Shown: positions 7,348 through 14,420 of the stretch, piece by piece
Position numbering within the stretch: position 1 is the first letter of the stretch
Layout: each line of letters starts with the position of its first letter
IMG/VR virus record: IMGVR_UViG_3300028809_000684
Origin: an uncultured virus (IMG/VR IMGVR_UViG_3300028809_000684)
Lineage: Duplodnaviria > Heunggongvirae > Uroviricota > Caudoviricetes
Direction: 5' to 3' (one strand)
Length of the DNA stretch: 20,000 bases
Program-made: the position numbers and the translations under genes
Notes under the pieces: model-generated
Databases searched by the model: none
What the model was told of the DNA's origin: nothing
Seen by the model: only the letters and a program-made list of their open reading frames with translations

Positions 7348-7815
7348 TTACAGAAGGGCAGAAATGCTGCAGCTCTTCAGCCCAGTCGTGAGATCGGTCA
7401 GCTGCAGCCCCTTTGTGAGCGCTTTCGCCACGTCCTCGTATTCGTCGCGAGCGAAATCCTCGCCGAGACCAGGTCGGCCCGGCCTGCTCAGATGCGTCTC
7501 GAACACATTGTCGAACAAGCGGATCCTGAACTCGTGTCCGTTGACCGGGTTGTAGATCCTCCTGTCCGTCAGGCGTTCAATCGTTGCTTCGACGCTGTCG
7601 GTCTCCAGGTCGCGGCGTGAAACCACACCCGCCTTGAGATCCTCCAACGAGATGTCTCTGCAGGCATTCCAGCACGCCACGAGGCGCTCAGCGTCCTGCG
7701 GATCCGACGCTGTGAAGATGACAGTCCCAGAGAAGTTCGCCGGGACCGCGTTCGTGTAGTCCTGGTCCTTCTGGAGTTTGGGATACACCATCAGGACCGT
7801 AATGGGGTCAGTCAT
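7348..7815 (-). CDS. Hypothetical protein with ERLVACWNACR module (155 aa)
   Basis: GGGAG RBS; the module is shared with 9370..9741. Confidence 0.8.
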   Translation of the reverse strand: MTDPITVLMVYPKLQKDQDYTNAVPANFSGTVIFTASDPQDAERLVACWNACRDISLEDLKAGVVSRRDLETDSVEATIERLTDRRIYNPVNGHEFRIRLFDNVFETHLSRPGRPGLGEDFARDEYEDVAKALTKGLQLTDLTTGLKSCSISALL

Positions 7816-8017
7816 CGGAACTCCCAGGGTTGATTTCGTGAGCCTGGTCCTCCGGATCGAGCTTCCTACTCATCACGCCCATGACGGTCGTGTACTCCTC
7901 ATCCTTGGTGTCGCCGGCCAGGGCCTTCTGGATTGCCGCCTCAAGTGAGTCGGCTTCCACGGTGTAGTCGCACCCGTGCATCTCAGTTGTGATGACGGGA
8001 ACACGATAGAGCGGCAA
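7808..8017 (-). CDS. Small hypothetical protein (about 69 aa, YTVEADSLEAAIQKA)
   Basis: AAAGGAG RBS before TTG 8017; the VEA.S.E.A motif is common in small phage proteins. Confidence 0.7.
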   Translation of the reverse strand: MPLYRVPVITTEMHGCDYTVEADSLEAAIQKALAGDTKDEEYTTVMGVMSRKLDPEDQAHEINPGSSDD

Positions 8018-8028
8018 AGCGGCTCCTT

Positions 8029-8271
8029 TCAGGCTGGTGGAAGAAGTTCCTCGGGCTGGTAGCCATACTTGTTGAGAACGGCAGCCATATCGGCTGCCGT
8101 AAGAGACTGAGTCACCATCCCATCGGACAGCGAGATCGACACATAGCGTTTCGACGGCGTTTCCAGACACTCCGTGCCTGCCACGTAGCCGATCAGCCAG
8201 CGTTCTTTCGTATCTGGCTTTCCATAGCGGCGCCCAGGCTTGATGTCGTCGGCTTGCCATTCAACTTTCAT
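8029..8271 (-). CDS. Hypothetical protein (80 aa)
   Basis: Tiles with its neighbours. Confidence 0.7.
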   Translation of the reverse strand: MKVEWQADDIKPGRRYGKPDTKERWLIGYVAGTECLETPSKRYVSISLSDGMVTQSLTAADMAAVLNKYGYQPEELLPPA

Positions 8272-8485
8272 TGGGCATCATCCATTCTGGGAAGGTGATG
8301 TTGATCCGGACGGGCATCCAGTCCCCGTTCGGGTCGCTCGTCACCTCTACGTTGATCTCTGGCGGGCCGTACACCTCCTCAGCGACAGCCTTGAACGCCT
8401 GCAGGAACTTCGCGTGGGTCTCTGGTGTCAGAGGCTTGCCAATGAAGCCCTGGAGGCGTTCGCGTAGCTGGTCCTTGTAGCTCAC
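8261..8485 (-). CDS. Hypothetical protein (74 aa)
   Basis: GTGA overlap with the upstream gene. Confidence 0.7.
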   Translation of the reverse strand: MSYKDQLRERLQGFIGKPLTPETHAKFLQAFKAVAEEVYGPPEINVEVTSDPNGDWMPVRINITFPEWMMPNES

Positions 8486-8940
8486 GGGAGCTCGTCCGCG
8501 TAGACAGACTCGTAGTGCAAGCCGAGAGCATGTAGCTCACCGCCCAGAACCGAGCACCACATGTGGAAGAGATACTCCAGGGACAACGCGTTGTATCTCC
8601 GCAACAGTTCTCTACAGGTTTCGGGATCGGGTTCCTGAAACCAGAGGCAGTGAGGCGCAATACGATCGCCAGAATGCAGAGCCAACGTGAGAGTCGGCCA
8701 GTTGCGCTGTGGGAACGTAATGCGGATCCCTCGCAGGGCGTACTTCTGGCCAGTGAGGAACTCGTGAGCGGCGGTGATATCGACCAGACGCGGCATGTAC
8801 TTCTGGCAGATGTAGTGCAGCTCCCTGAATACCTCGGCATGGCTGCGTCCGTAGACAGGTGCAGCCGCCGGCACCCTGCTGACGACAAAGGTCGACAGGG
8901 CCGTGGCAGCCATAGTTCGTAGAGCGTCGCGTCTGTTCAT
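8482..8940 (-). CDS. Hypothetical protein with twin-arginine (Tat)-like signal peptide (152 aa)
   Basis: N-terminus MNRRDALRTMAATALSTFVVSRVPAAA; ATGA overlap at 8937-8940. Confidence 0.7.
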   Translation of the reverse strand: MNRRDALRTMAATALSTFVVSRVPAAAPVYGRSHAEVFRELHYICQKYMPRLVDITAAHEFLTGQKYALRGIRITFPQRNWPTLTLALHSGDRIAPHCLWFQEPDPETCRELLRRYNALSLEYLFHMWCSVLGGELHALGLHYESVYADELP

Positions 8941-9173
8941 GGCGTTTCGTTCTCGTGGGCGCTGACATCGAAATCTTCCAGATTCCGTATCGGCACAGTT
9001 TCGTGAAACCAATCCAGAGCATCATCCTCTGTTTCGTCGCGGCCGGCGGGGACCTCGTAGTCCCGATAGGACAGCTTTCCGTCGAGGCCGGCTGGCAGGT
9101 CCACACGATCGTCAGCGTCGAGCTTTTGCGTCGGCACCAGCTGCGTGCATCGCACAATGTAACCGAGGCTCAT
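8937..9173 (-). CDS. Small acidic hypothetical protein (78 aa)
   Basis: ATGA overlaps on both sides; contains EDDALDWFHETVPI..LEDF. Confidence 0.75.
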   Translation of the reverse strand: MSLGYIVRCTQLVPTQKLDADDRVDLPAGLDGKLSYRDYEVPAGRDETEDDALDWFHETVPIRNLEDFDVSAHENETP

Positions 9174-9379
9174 GGCGACTTCCTCCGATACAGGTCAGTC
9201 AGCTGCAGGCGGCGATTCTTCCACCAGCCCTGCATATCGTAGTTCCTCTGTCGCTGGTGGAACTCCTCGTGCTGCATTACCGCTAGGGCTGCAGTCGCAA
9301 GGGCGTCTCGGGAGAGACGAAAGTCCTCGGGGAAGAGGTGTGTCAGAACCATGCTTTGAAAGGGGTGGGTCAGAACCAT
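9170..9379 (-). CDS. Small hypothetical protein with duplicated N-terminus (MVLTHPFQSMVLTHLF...)
   Basis: Fills the gap between coupled genes; the start could be either of the two repeated ATGs. Confidence 0.55.
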   Translation of the reverse strand: MVLTHPFQSMVLTHLFPEDFRLSRDALATAALAVMQHEEFHQRQRNYDMQGWWKNRRLQLTDLYRRKSP

Positions 9380-9392
9380 GCTTTGAAAGGGG
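9339..9392. repeat. Tandem 27-bp duplication (24-bp identical core GTCAGAACCATGCTTTGAAAGGGG)
   Basis: Identical copies at 9342-9365 and 9369-9392. Confidence 0.95.
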
Positions 9393-9741
9393 CCAGGATG
9401 CGACGTAGAGACTTGGTAGCGCTGTACTCCTCGCCAGTCTCATCGTTCCTGTCCTCGCCAGTATCCTGCAAATCCAGCAGCTGAGCACGGGCCGCGTTGA
9501 CCACCTTCTTGAGTGCACCAGTCTTGAGCTGGACTGTCGAAATCCCGCGGCAGGCGTTCCAGCAAGCAATCAAGCGTTCGGTTGTGATCTGCTCAGTGGC
9601 GTCGCTGAATTCCGTACCTGAGCATTTGGCGATGATCGAGTTTGTTGCGTCTCGCCAGATCGTCGCCTTTGGGCCACTCGACAGCTTTTCGAGTGAAAGA
9701 TCAATCGGTCCAGATGACGTTTTCTTCTTCGCCACACTCAC
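9370..9741 (-). CDS. Hypothetical protein with ERLIACWNACR module (123 aa)
   Basis: GTGA overlap with the upstream gene; the module is shared with 7348..7815. Confidence 0.8.
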   Translation of the reverse strand: MSVAKKKTSSGPIDLSLEKLSSGPKATIWRDATNSIIAKCSGTEFSDATEQITTERLIACWNACRGISTVQLKTGALKKVVNAARAQLLDLQDTGEDRNDETGEEYSATKSLRRILAPFKAWF

Positions 9742-10274
9742 CTCCGCTCTTTGAATTCCTTGTGGGCCTTAGCGGTCGCCTCGATCAGCGAGGCCCGCTT
9801 TCCTACAGCGTCAGCCCGCTCCAAGTAGGCCTCACACTGGATCTTGGTCTCGGAGTGATCATCCCCAGGCTTCGTCAGGCCGAGTTTCTCTGCCATCCTG
9901 TGGCGGGTCACCCAAGGCAACTCGAAGAGCTGGAACACAAACGTCCGCAACTCTTCTACGGTGAACTCCTTCTCCGGCGGCTTGCCGAAGGTTTCGGTCA
10001 GAAGGGCCTCAGCCGCCTCCACCTCTTCCTTCGTCACCTTCCCTGGATGAACAGGACAGCCATAGACGTAGATGAACTCGCCAGGCCGCTCGCGATAGCC
10101 GCGGCCGTAGCAGTTGTCGATCGCAGGGCACTGGCAGCCAGCCGCGATCGCTTCTTTGGTCCCAGGGTTGGGCGCCAGCTGCTCCTGGTATTTATCGCCG
10201 CAGAGGCAGTCGTCTCCAGGAGCGTAGGGAGCGTCCTGAGTCGAGCCACAGCTGGGGCATTTGAGAAACGTCAT
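9738..10274 (-). CDS. Multi-domain protein: Zn ribbon + PNPG..A...GCxCP..DN module + C-terminal GAAD-like helical domain
   Basis: CPSC/CLC, then PNPGTKEAIAAGCQCPAIDN...GCPVH, then FQLFELPWVTRHRMAEKLGL....D.........LERA...GK...L. Confidence 0.75.
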   Translation of the reverse strand: MTFLKCPSCGSTQDAPYAPGDDCLCGDKYQEQLAPNPGTKEAIAAGCQCPAIDNCYGRGYRERPGEFIYVYGCPVHPGKVTKEEVEAAEALLTETFGKPPEKEFTVEELRTFVFQLFELPWVTRHRMAEKLGLTKPGDDHSETKIQCEAYLERADAVGKRASLIEATAKAHKEFKERR

Positions 10275-10672
10275 CAGGGATCCTGTCTGAGCAGCCCGTT
10301 CTCACGAGCCTTTTCCTCGTAGATTGCGTGCAGCTGATCGAGCATTTGTTTTGAGTCTGCACGGACCGGGCCTCGACGTATGCGCTCGGCCCGAAGAGCA
10401 AACAGATTCTGGTCGTAGACGACCTCTCGTCGGCGAGCTTCGACATAGTCTGGGCTGTTAGCGTGGCTGCCCACTGTGCCGAGCATGATCGTACGAATCC
10501 GGCTTGTTTTCACCAGGTCGTCGAAGATGTAGATGAGACGCTGCAGTTGTGCGTCCGACAGCTCAGCAAGCCGATAGGGCCTGATGTCTTTCTCGACAGC
10601 ACCGGCAACAGGGATGCTCGGCAGCACGAGGGCTGCCAGCGTGGTCTTGAGAAACTCTCTGCGGTCCATCAT
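10274..10672 (-). CDS. Hypothetical protein with twin-arginine (Tat)-like signal peptide (132 aa)
   Basis: N-terminus MMDRREFLKTTLAALVLPSIPVAGA; GGAGG RBS; ATGA overlap. Confidence 0.8.
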   Translation of the reverse strand: MMDRREFLKTTLAALVLPSIPVAGAVEKDIRPYRLAELSDAQLQRLIYIFDDLVKTSRIRTIMLGTVGSHANSPDYVEARRREVVYDQNLFALRAERIRRGPVRADSKQMLDQLHAIYEEKARENGLLRQDP

Positions 10673-11088
10673 CCCTCCGCCCAGGAGAACCACTCTGCGC
10701 CAGCAGCAATCAATGCAAGGCGAACGGCTACCGACGCTGACACCATGTTGATGTATCCGATCCCGATGAACCATTCCTCGGGAGCTACTTGGCAACGCCC
10801 TACGCGGGCGTCTTCTGAGCCACTGTAGAGAAGACCGAGTTCCGGTTCGAGATCGGCTCGAATGTTGAGCTTGGCCAGGATCTCTTGCTTGAGGGTCAGC
10901 TTCTCCGCAGCAAACCACTCAGGCTCGTAGTCGTCCTCTTCGTCGTCGAGTTCCTCATCATCGAACTCTTCGTCGTCCGCGCCTTCCGCTTCCTGCAGAC
11001 GCTTAGCTTCCAGGAGATGTATGCGAGTGTAGAACTCCTGCGGCACCTGGACGCCGAAGAGAGCATGGACAAAGACGTCCGCGGACAT
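10669..11088 (-). CDS. Hypothetical protein with acidic insert (139 aa)
   Basis: AAAGGA RBS; contains the tract DDEEFDDEELDDEEDDYE. Confidence 0.8.
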   Translation of the reverse strand: MSADVFVHALFGVQVPQEFYTRIHLLEAKRLQEAEGADDEEFDDEELDDEEDDYEPEWFAAEKLTLKQEILAKLNIRADLEPELGLLYSGSEDARVGRCQVAPEEWFIGIGYINMVSASVAVRLALIAAGAEWFSWAEG

Positions 11089-11096
11089 GCTGTCCT

Positions 11097-11116
11097 TTCA
11101 ATGCGCGGGTATTGAA
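11097..11116 (-). promoter_or_regulatory. Recurrent upstream element, TTCAAT-N8-ATTGAA (TTCAATACCCGCGCATTGAA)
   Basis: Perfect 6-bp inverted arms; abuts the RBS of the gene starting at 11088. Confidence 0.65.
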
Positions 11117-11424
11117 TCCGGCTCAGGGCCGGAGGGAGGCGGCGAGATGTGAGCCTGAGCTTCCTCGACCGTGATATGGCCAAGGACGATCAGGTAGTTC
11201 TGCAGACTCGCCAGGGTGGCACACATTCCAGCGTACCGGTCCTGCCTGCCGTACAGACTGATCCGCTCCGCCAGATAGGCTATGTGGTCGTACTTCTCAT
11301 CCTGAGTCCACTTAGGCCAGTGCTTCTCGACAGGGCCGCGGATGGGCTCTGCGTGCGGAAAGAACCCGGCCCTGTAGGTTCTGACCAAGGCTTCCACGAA
11401 GTCCACGTTGAGGACGACCATCAC
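11098..11424 (-). CDS. Hypothetical protein (108 aa)
   Basis: AAGGA RBS; GTGA overlap with the upstream gene. Confidence 0.75.
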   Translation of the reverse strand: MMVVLNVDFVEALVRTYRAGFFPHAEPIRGPVEKHWPKWTQDEKYDHIAYLAERISLYGRQDRYAGMCATLASLQNYLIVLGHITVEEAQAHISPPPSGPEPDSIPAH

Positions 11425-12026
11425 AGTTCCTTGAGGGGAATTTCACCCAGTCGCGGCCATTGCTCATCGAGCCACGCGTTCAGCTCGACAAGATTGGCCA
11501 TCGTCTGAATGTCAGCTTTGATACTCGGGCTGCTGATGTCACAGCGATACTTGCCGTCGTCGTCAACGTAGGCGAGCAAAGCCGCATCAGCGCCGACGAC
11601 AAGAATGCCATGCCCGAAGGCCATAGCTTCTTCAAGGCTCTCGCGATCAAACAAACGAACCACTCCCTTGCTGGCAGCAGACACATTCGGGAGGCCAGAC
11701 ATGGGGATCATGTCCCATGCTTTGGGGGAGAACTCACCCGGCACTGCTGCCGCGTTTACAACCTCACGAGGATCAGCTCCTCCGAGGTGCTTACTGTCAA
11801 AAGCAAGGCTGACCGCGATCTGCTGCTGCGGATTGAGATGAGCCACGACAACAAGCGGGTATCCAGCATCGTCGATGAGCTCCTGCAAAGCGCCTTGTAC
11901 GATCTCAGGAAGTAGCTCAACATCAATGCCTCGCTTATAGAATTCACGCTTGGCGATGTTGATGACCTGGCTGCAAGCCTGTTGAATCTCGGCGAGCACT
12001 TCGGCGTTGATCCGGGGATGCGTCAT
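11421..12026 (-). CDS. Hypothetical protein (about 201 aa)
   Basis: Long ORF; ATG at 12026 or GTG at 12053. Confidence 0.75.
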   Translation of the reverse strand: MTHPRINAEVLAEIQQACSQVINIAKREFYKRGIDVELLPEIVQGALQELIDDAGYPLVVVAHLNPQQQIAVSLAFDSKHLGGADPREVVNAAAVPGEFSPKAWDMIPMSGLPNVSAASKGVVRLFDRESLEEAMAFGHGILVVGADAALLAYVDDDGKYRCDISSPSIKADIQTMANLVELNAWLDEQWPRLGEIPLKEL

Positions 12027-12054
12027 ACCAGCATCTCTTTCTCTTTGCGGCACA

Positions 12055-12462
12055 TTGTATAGCCGGTTCGGGTACGGCTTTGTCCAACTCCTGGGCGGCG
12101 AATGTTTCCACTATGGCCGGCACCCGCCTTCGGTTGACGACGTAGGTGATACTGGGGCTGTGGGCACGTTGCCCGGAATCCCAAATGCTTTCGCAGCGTT
12201 CCGCGAGTGTACCGAGGCGGCTAGCGCTCTCGGCCTGGTTCGCGCTTGGCCCTAGCCGTGGGCCTGTTCGCAGAGGTTGATGATCAGGGCCTCTGCTGAC
12301 TGTTGTTTCTGAGAATATGGCTTGGCAGCCTCAACTCGGTATGTCGAGCAATGCACTACCGGCAAATCTGGTCGGTTGGACCCGGCTGGTTACCACTCGT
12401 TACTGGCTCCCTGTTCGTTACGGCTGTCGGCTTTCCCGGCAAACTTCCATGAGGAAGCGGCT
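12055..12462 (-). ncRNA. Candidate structured non-coding RNA (unassigned)
   Basis: The only ~400-bp gap without a minus-strand ORF. It has many hairpins, two of them capped by GAAA on the minus strand. Confidence 0.35.
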
Positions 12463-12465
12463 CAC

Positions 12466-12693
12466 CTACTGAATGACGAAGACCTCAACCAGGGCTTCGC
12501 CCTCTTCGAAATCTTCAGGCTTGAGATCCTCCGGATCTGGTGCCTGACCAAGGCTGCCATCTGGCAGCTCCAAAGCTGTCGCTGATGACATGTCGTAGAC
12601 CGGTCTATACGCGTGGTCGTCCGCGGGCACGACCAGCCTTACGCTGTCTGGGAGACTCGCCGTGGCTCTTCGCCAGTCGCCGAGCGTCTTCAT
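12466..12693 (-). CDS. Small hypothetical protein (75 aa, MKTLGDWRRATASLPDS...)
   Basis: AGGAGG RBS before ATG 12693. Confidence 0.75.
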   Translation of the reverse strand: MKTLGDWRRATASLPDSVRLVVPADDHAYRPVYDMSSATALELPDGSLGQAPDPEDLKPEDFEEGEALVEVFVIQ

Positions 12694-13003
12694 CTGCTGC
12701 CTCCTGTTCCTGGTACGCTTTGAGAATCTCCGTGGCGTCTCCGGTGATCTCGATGAGCACGAGTTGCTTCCGCTCGTCCATGCCAACAATGCGGTACTCC
12801 AGCTCCATCAGATAGGAAGCGCCGTAGCTGCAGTACTCATCGGCCAGGGCCTCACCCGAGATCTCTTGACTCATGAGATGCTCGAACGAGACCTGGACGA
12901 CGAAGCTGATTTGCGTCTTCTCTGTTGAGCCCTTGGGCGCAAACAGAAGCCGACGAAAGGTCTTCTCGGTGAGAGAATTTCTCAGCGGTCTGACGGTGGG
13001 CAA
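12605..13003 (-). CDS. Hypothetical protein (132 aa)
   Basis: AGGAGG RBS before TTG 13003; the 3' end overlaps the next gene by 89 bp. Confidence 0.7.
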   Translation of the reverse strand: MPTVRPLRNSLTEKTFRRLLFAPKGSTEKTQISFVVQVSFEHLMSQEISGEALADEYCSYGASYLMELEYRIVGMDERKQLVLIEITGDATEILKAYQEQEAADEDARRLAKSHGESPRQRKAGRARGRPRV

Positions 13004-13011
13004 GATCCCTC

Positions 13012-13587
13012 CTAGACAACAAGGCCATCAGTTTCAGGCAGCATCCATCCCCGAGGTTCAGCCAGGATCTGATCCATGTCCCAGACCTCTTCAATGCCTG
13101 CCTGATGCCGCTTCAGCAAGCGGTCGTAGAGCAGAAGATACACTGCCGCGGCCAGGTTCGTACAGTGCCGCGTGGGGATCACGACAAAGCGGTGACAGTG
13201 CCTAGTTTCGACCTTGTCGAGGCTTCCATCCTCCGGGCCGAACACGTAGACCGGATTCTCCGGATGCTCGAACGAGGTCAGCAGCTCGCTGCCCTGTCTG
13301 AGCTCCACAGCGACCGGTGTGGCCCCTGGAAACTGCTCGAAGGGATAATCGTGTTGCCGAAGCTCCACGCTCTTGTAGCCCTTCATACGCTCTTCTCGCG
13401 GCAGCCGCTGGCCCTTGGCGGGGTCCAGGCTGACACGGTCCCCAGTGAACCAAACCTGGTTCACACCAAAGCAGGCTGCAGCACGCACCGCAGCCCCGAC
13501 GTTGTGGGCGTACTTGGGCCGGCACAAGACGATTGCCGGCGCCGTTCCTTGGGGCTTCATCCCCTTGCCATATTGAGCTGTCTGCAT
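13012..13587 (-). CDS. SPOUT-class (SpoU/TrmH family) RNA methyltransferase
   Basis: Motif 1 IVL..PK..HNVGAAVRAAACFG, motif 2 YVFGPEDGSL, motif 3 VVIP...CTNLAAAVYLLLYDR. Confidence 0.9.
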   Translation of the reverse strand: MQTAQYGKGMKPQGTAPAIVLCRPKYAHNVGAAVRAAACFGVNQVWFTGDRVSLDPAKGQRLPREERMKGYKSVELRQHDYPFEQFPGATPVAVELRQGSELLTSFEHPENPVYVFGPEDGSLDKVETRHCHRFVVIPTRHCTNLAAAVYLLLYDRLLKRHQAGIEEVWDMDQILAEPRGWMLPETDGLVV

Positions 13588-13596
13588 GTGTACGAG

Positions 13597-13618
13597 GGCC
13601 GCGGGAGATCCCGCGGCC
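13597..13618. promoter_or_regulatory. GC-rich hairpin in the methyltransferase leader (GGCCGCGGGA-GA-TCCCGCGGCC)
   Basis: 10-bp perfect inverted repeat located between AAAGGA (13623-13628) and ATG 13587. Confidence 0.55.
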
Positions 13619-13638
13619 AGGTTCCTTTCTTGTAGCTA

Positions 13639-14142
13639 TCAGGACTTCGATTCGAGCGGCGCCGGGTACTCGATCAGATGGCCCGTGACGAGCCAGATCC
13701 ACTTCCCCGCCGTCGCCATTGGCTCACAGGAATCCACCGACATCAGCATCCGCGCGATCAGCGGCGCCATGTCCTTAGCAGACTCCCAGTGGTAGACAGG
13801 AATGTTCTCACGAGTTGAAGCTCGGTACTGGACACGGAGTCTAACCGTGGCCTCCCCGCCCTTGAACTCGACGAACTTGAATCGGCTGAAGCCGAACTCT
13901 TCGAGCAGGAGGATCTTCTCACCCGACTTATAGAGTGGCTTCGCCGAGTGGTAAACGTTTTGAGTATGGTTCCCTCCCCACCAAGTCCAGTTTGGCTCAC
14001 CACGATGAGGCGGATCCACACTCCGGTGCTTAGGGTCTGGCGTCGGCTGCGGGTCCATCGGGATGGACTGGGACAGGATCGCTCCTACCCCAGTCGTCCA
14101 CAGCCGCTTTGCGGTGTCGAGATCGACGGCGAGTGTCTTCAC
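13639..14142 (-). CDS. Divergent ASCH/PUA-like phage protein (167 aa)
   Basis: PLYKSGEKILLLEEF...YRA...WESAKDMAPLIARM resembles the P.y..GD.l.vrE ... YrA ... W.ps..MP..aaRi pattern. Confidence 0.55.
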   Translation of the reverse strand: MKTLAVDLDTAKRLWTTGVGAILSQSIPMDPQPTPDPKHRSVDPPHRGEPNWTWWGGNHTQNVYHSAKPLYKSGEKILLLEEFGFSRFKFVEFKGGEATVRLRVQYRASTRENIPVYHWESAKDMAPLIARMLMSVDSCEPMATAGKWIWLVTGHLIEYPAPLESKS

Positions 14143-14420
14143 TCGGCGGGCTCCGCTTTGTCGACTTCGTCGCGGTTCTTGAGCATGGCGTCAAAGAAGA
14201 CGTTCTGCATCATGAACCGAGTTCGACTATGCACCTCGGCAAACCGACTGGCGATATCGGACCGGATCCAGGCAGCCTTTGTCGCCTCGTCCAGGGCCGG
14301 TTGCAGCCCGTCGAAGATGGACATCACGTGCATCGTAGCGGTGAAGTCGACCGGCTCAAGTTGCTCCACTGTTGGAGGGTTGGCCAGCATGTACTCCAGG
14401 CTCTGTAGCCCCTTCTCCAC
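14139..14420 (-). CDS. Hypothetical protein (93 aa or more; may start at 14477)
   Basis: GTGA overlap with the downstream gene; the frame is open upstream of the GTG. Confidence 0.7.
   Translation of the reverse strand: MEKGLQSLEYMLANPPTVEQLEPVDFTATMHVMSIFDGLQPALDEATKAAWIRSDIASRFAEVHSRTRFMMQNVFFDAMLKNRDEVDKAEPAE

Noticed and set aside
9339..9392. Mini-CRISPR interpretation of the 24-bp direct repeat
   Set aside because: There are only two copies separated by 3 bp, with no spacer and no cas genes.
12054..12086. Sigma70 promoter (TGGACA ... TACAAT on minus strand)
   Set aside because: The spacer is 21 bp, too long for a canonical promoter.
12055..12462. Firm call as RNase P RNA, tmRNA or group II intron
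   Set aside because: It lacks the GAGGAAAGUCC/P4 bulge and other RNase P conserved regions, has no tRNA-like ends, and the AGCCG hairpin is too short for domain V. Kept only as an unassigned ncRNA candidate.
12142..12469. 8-bp long-range inverted repeat GTAGGTGA/TCACCTAC
   Set aside because: About one such match is expected by chance in a region of this size.
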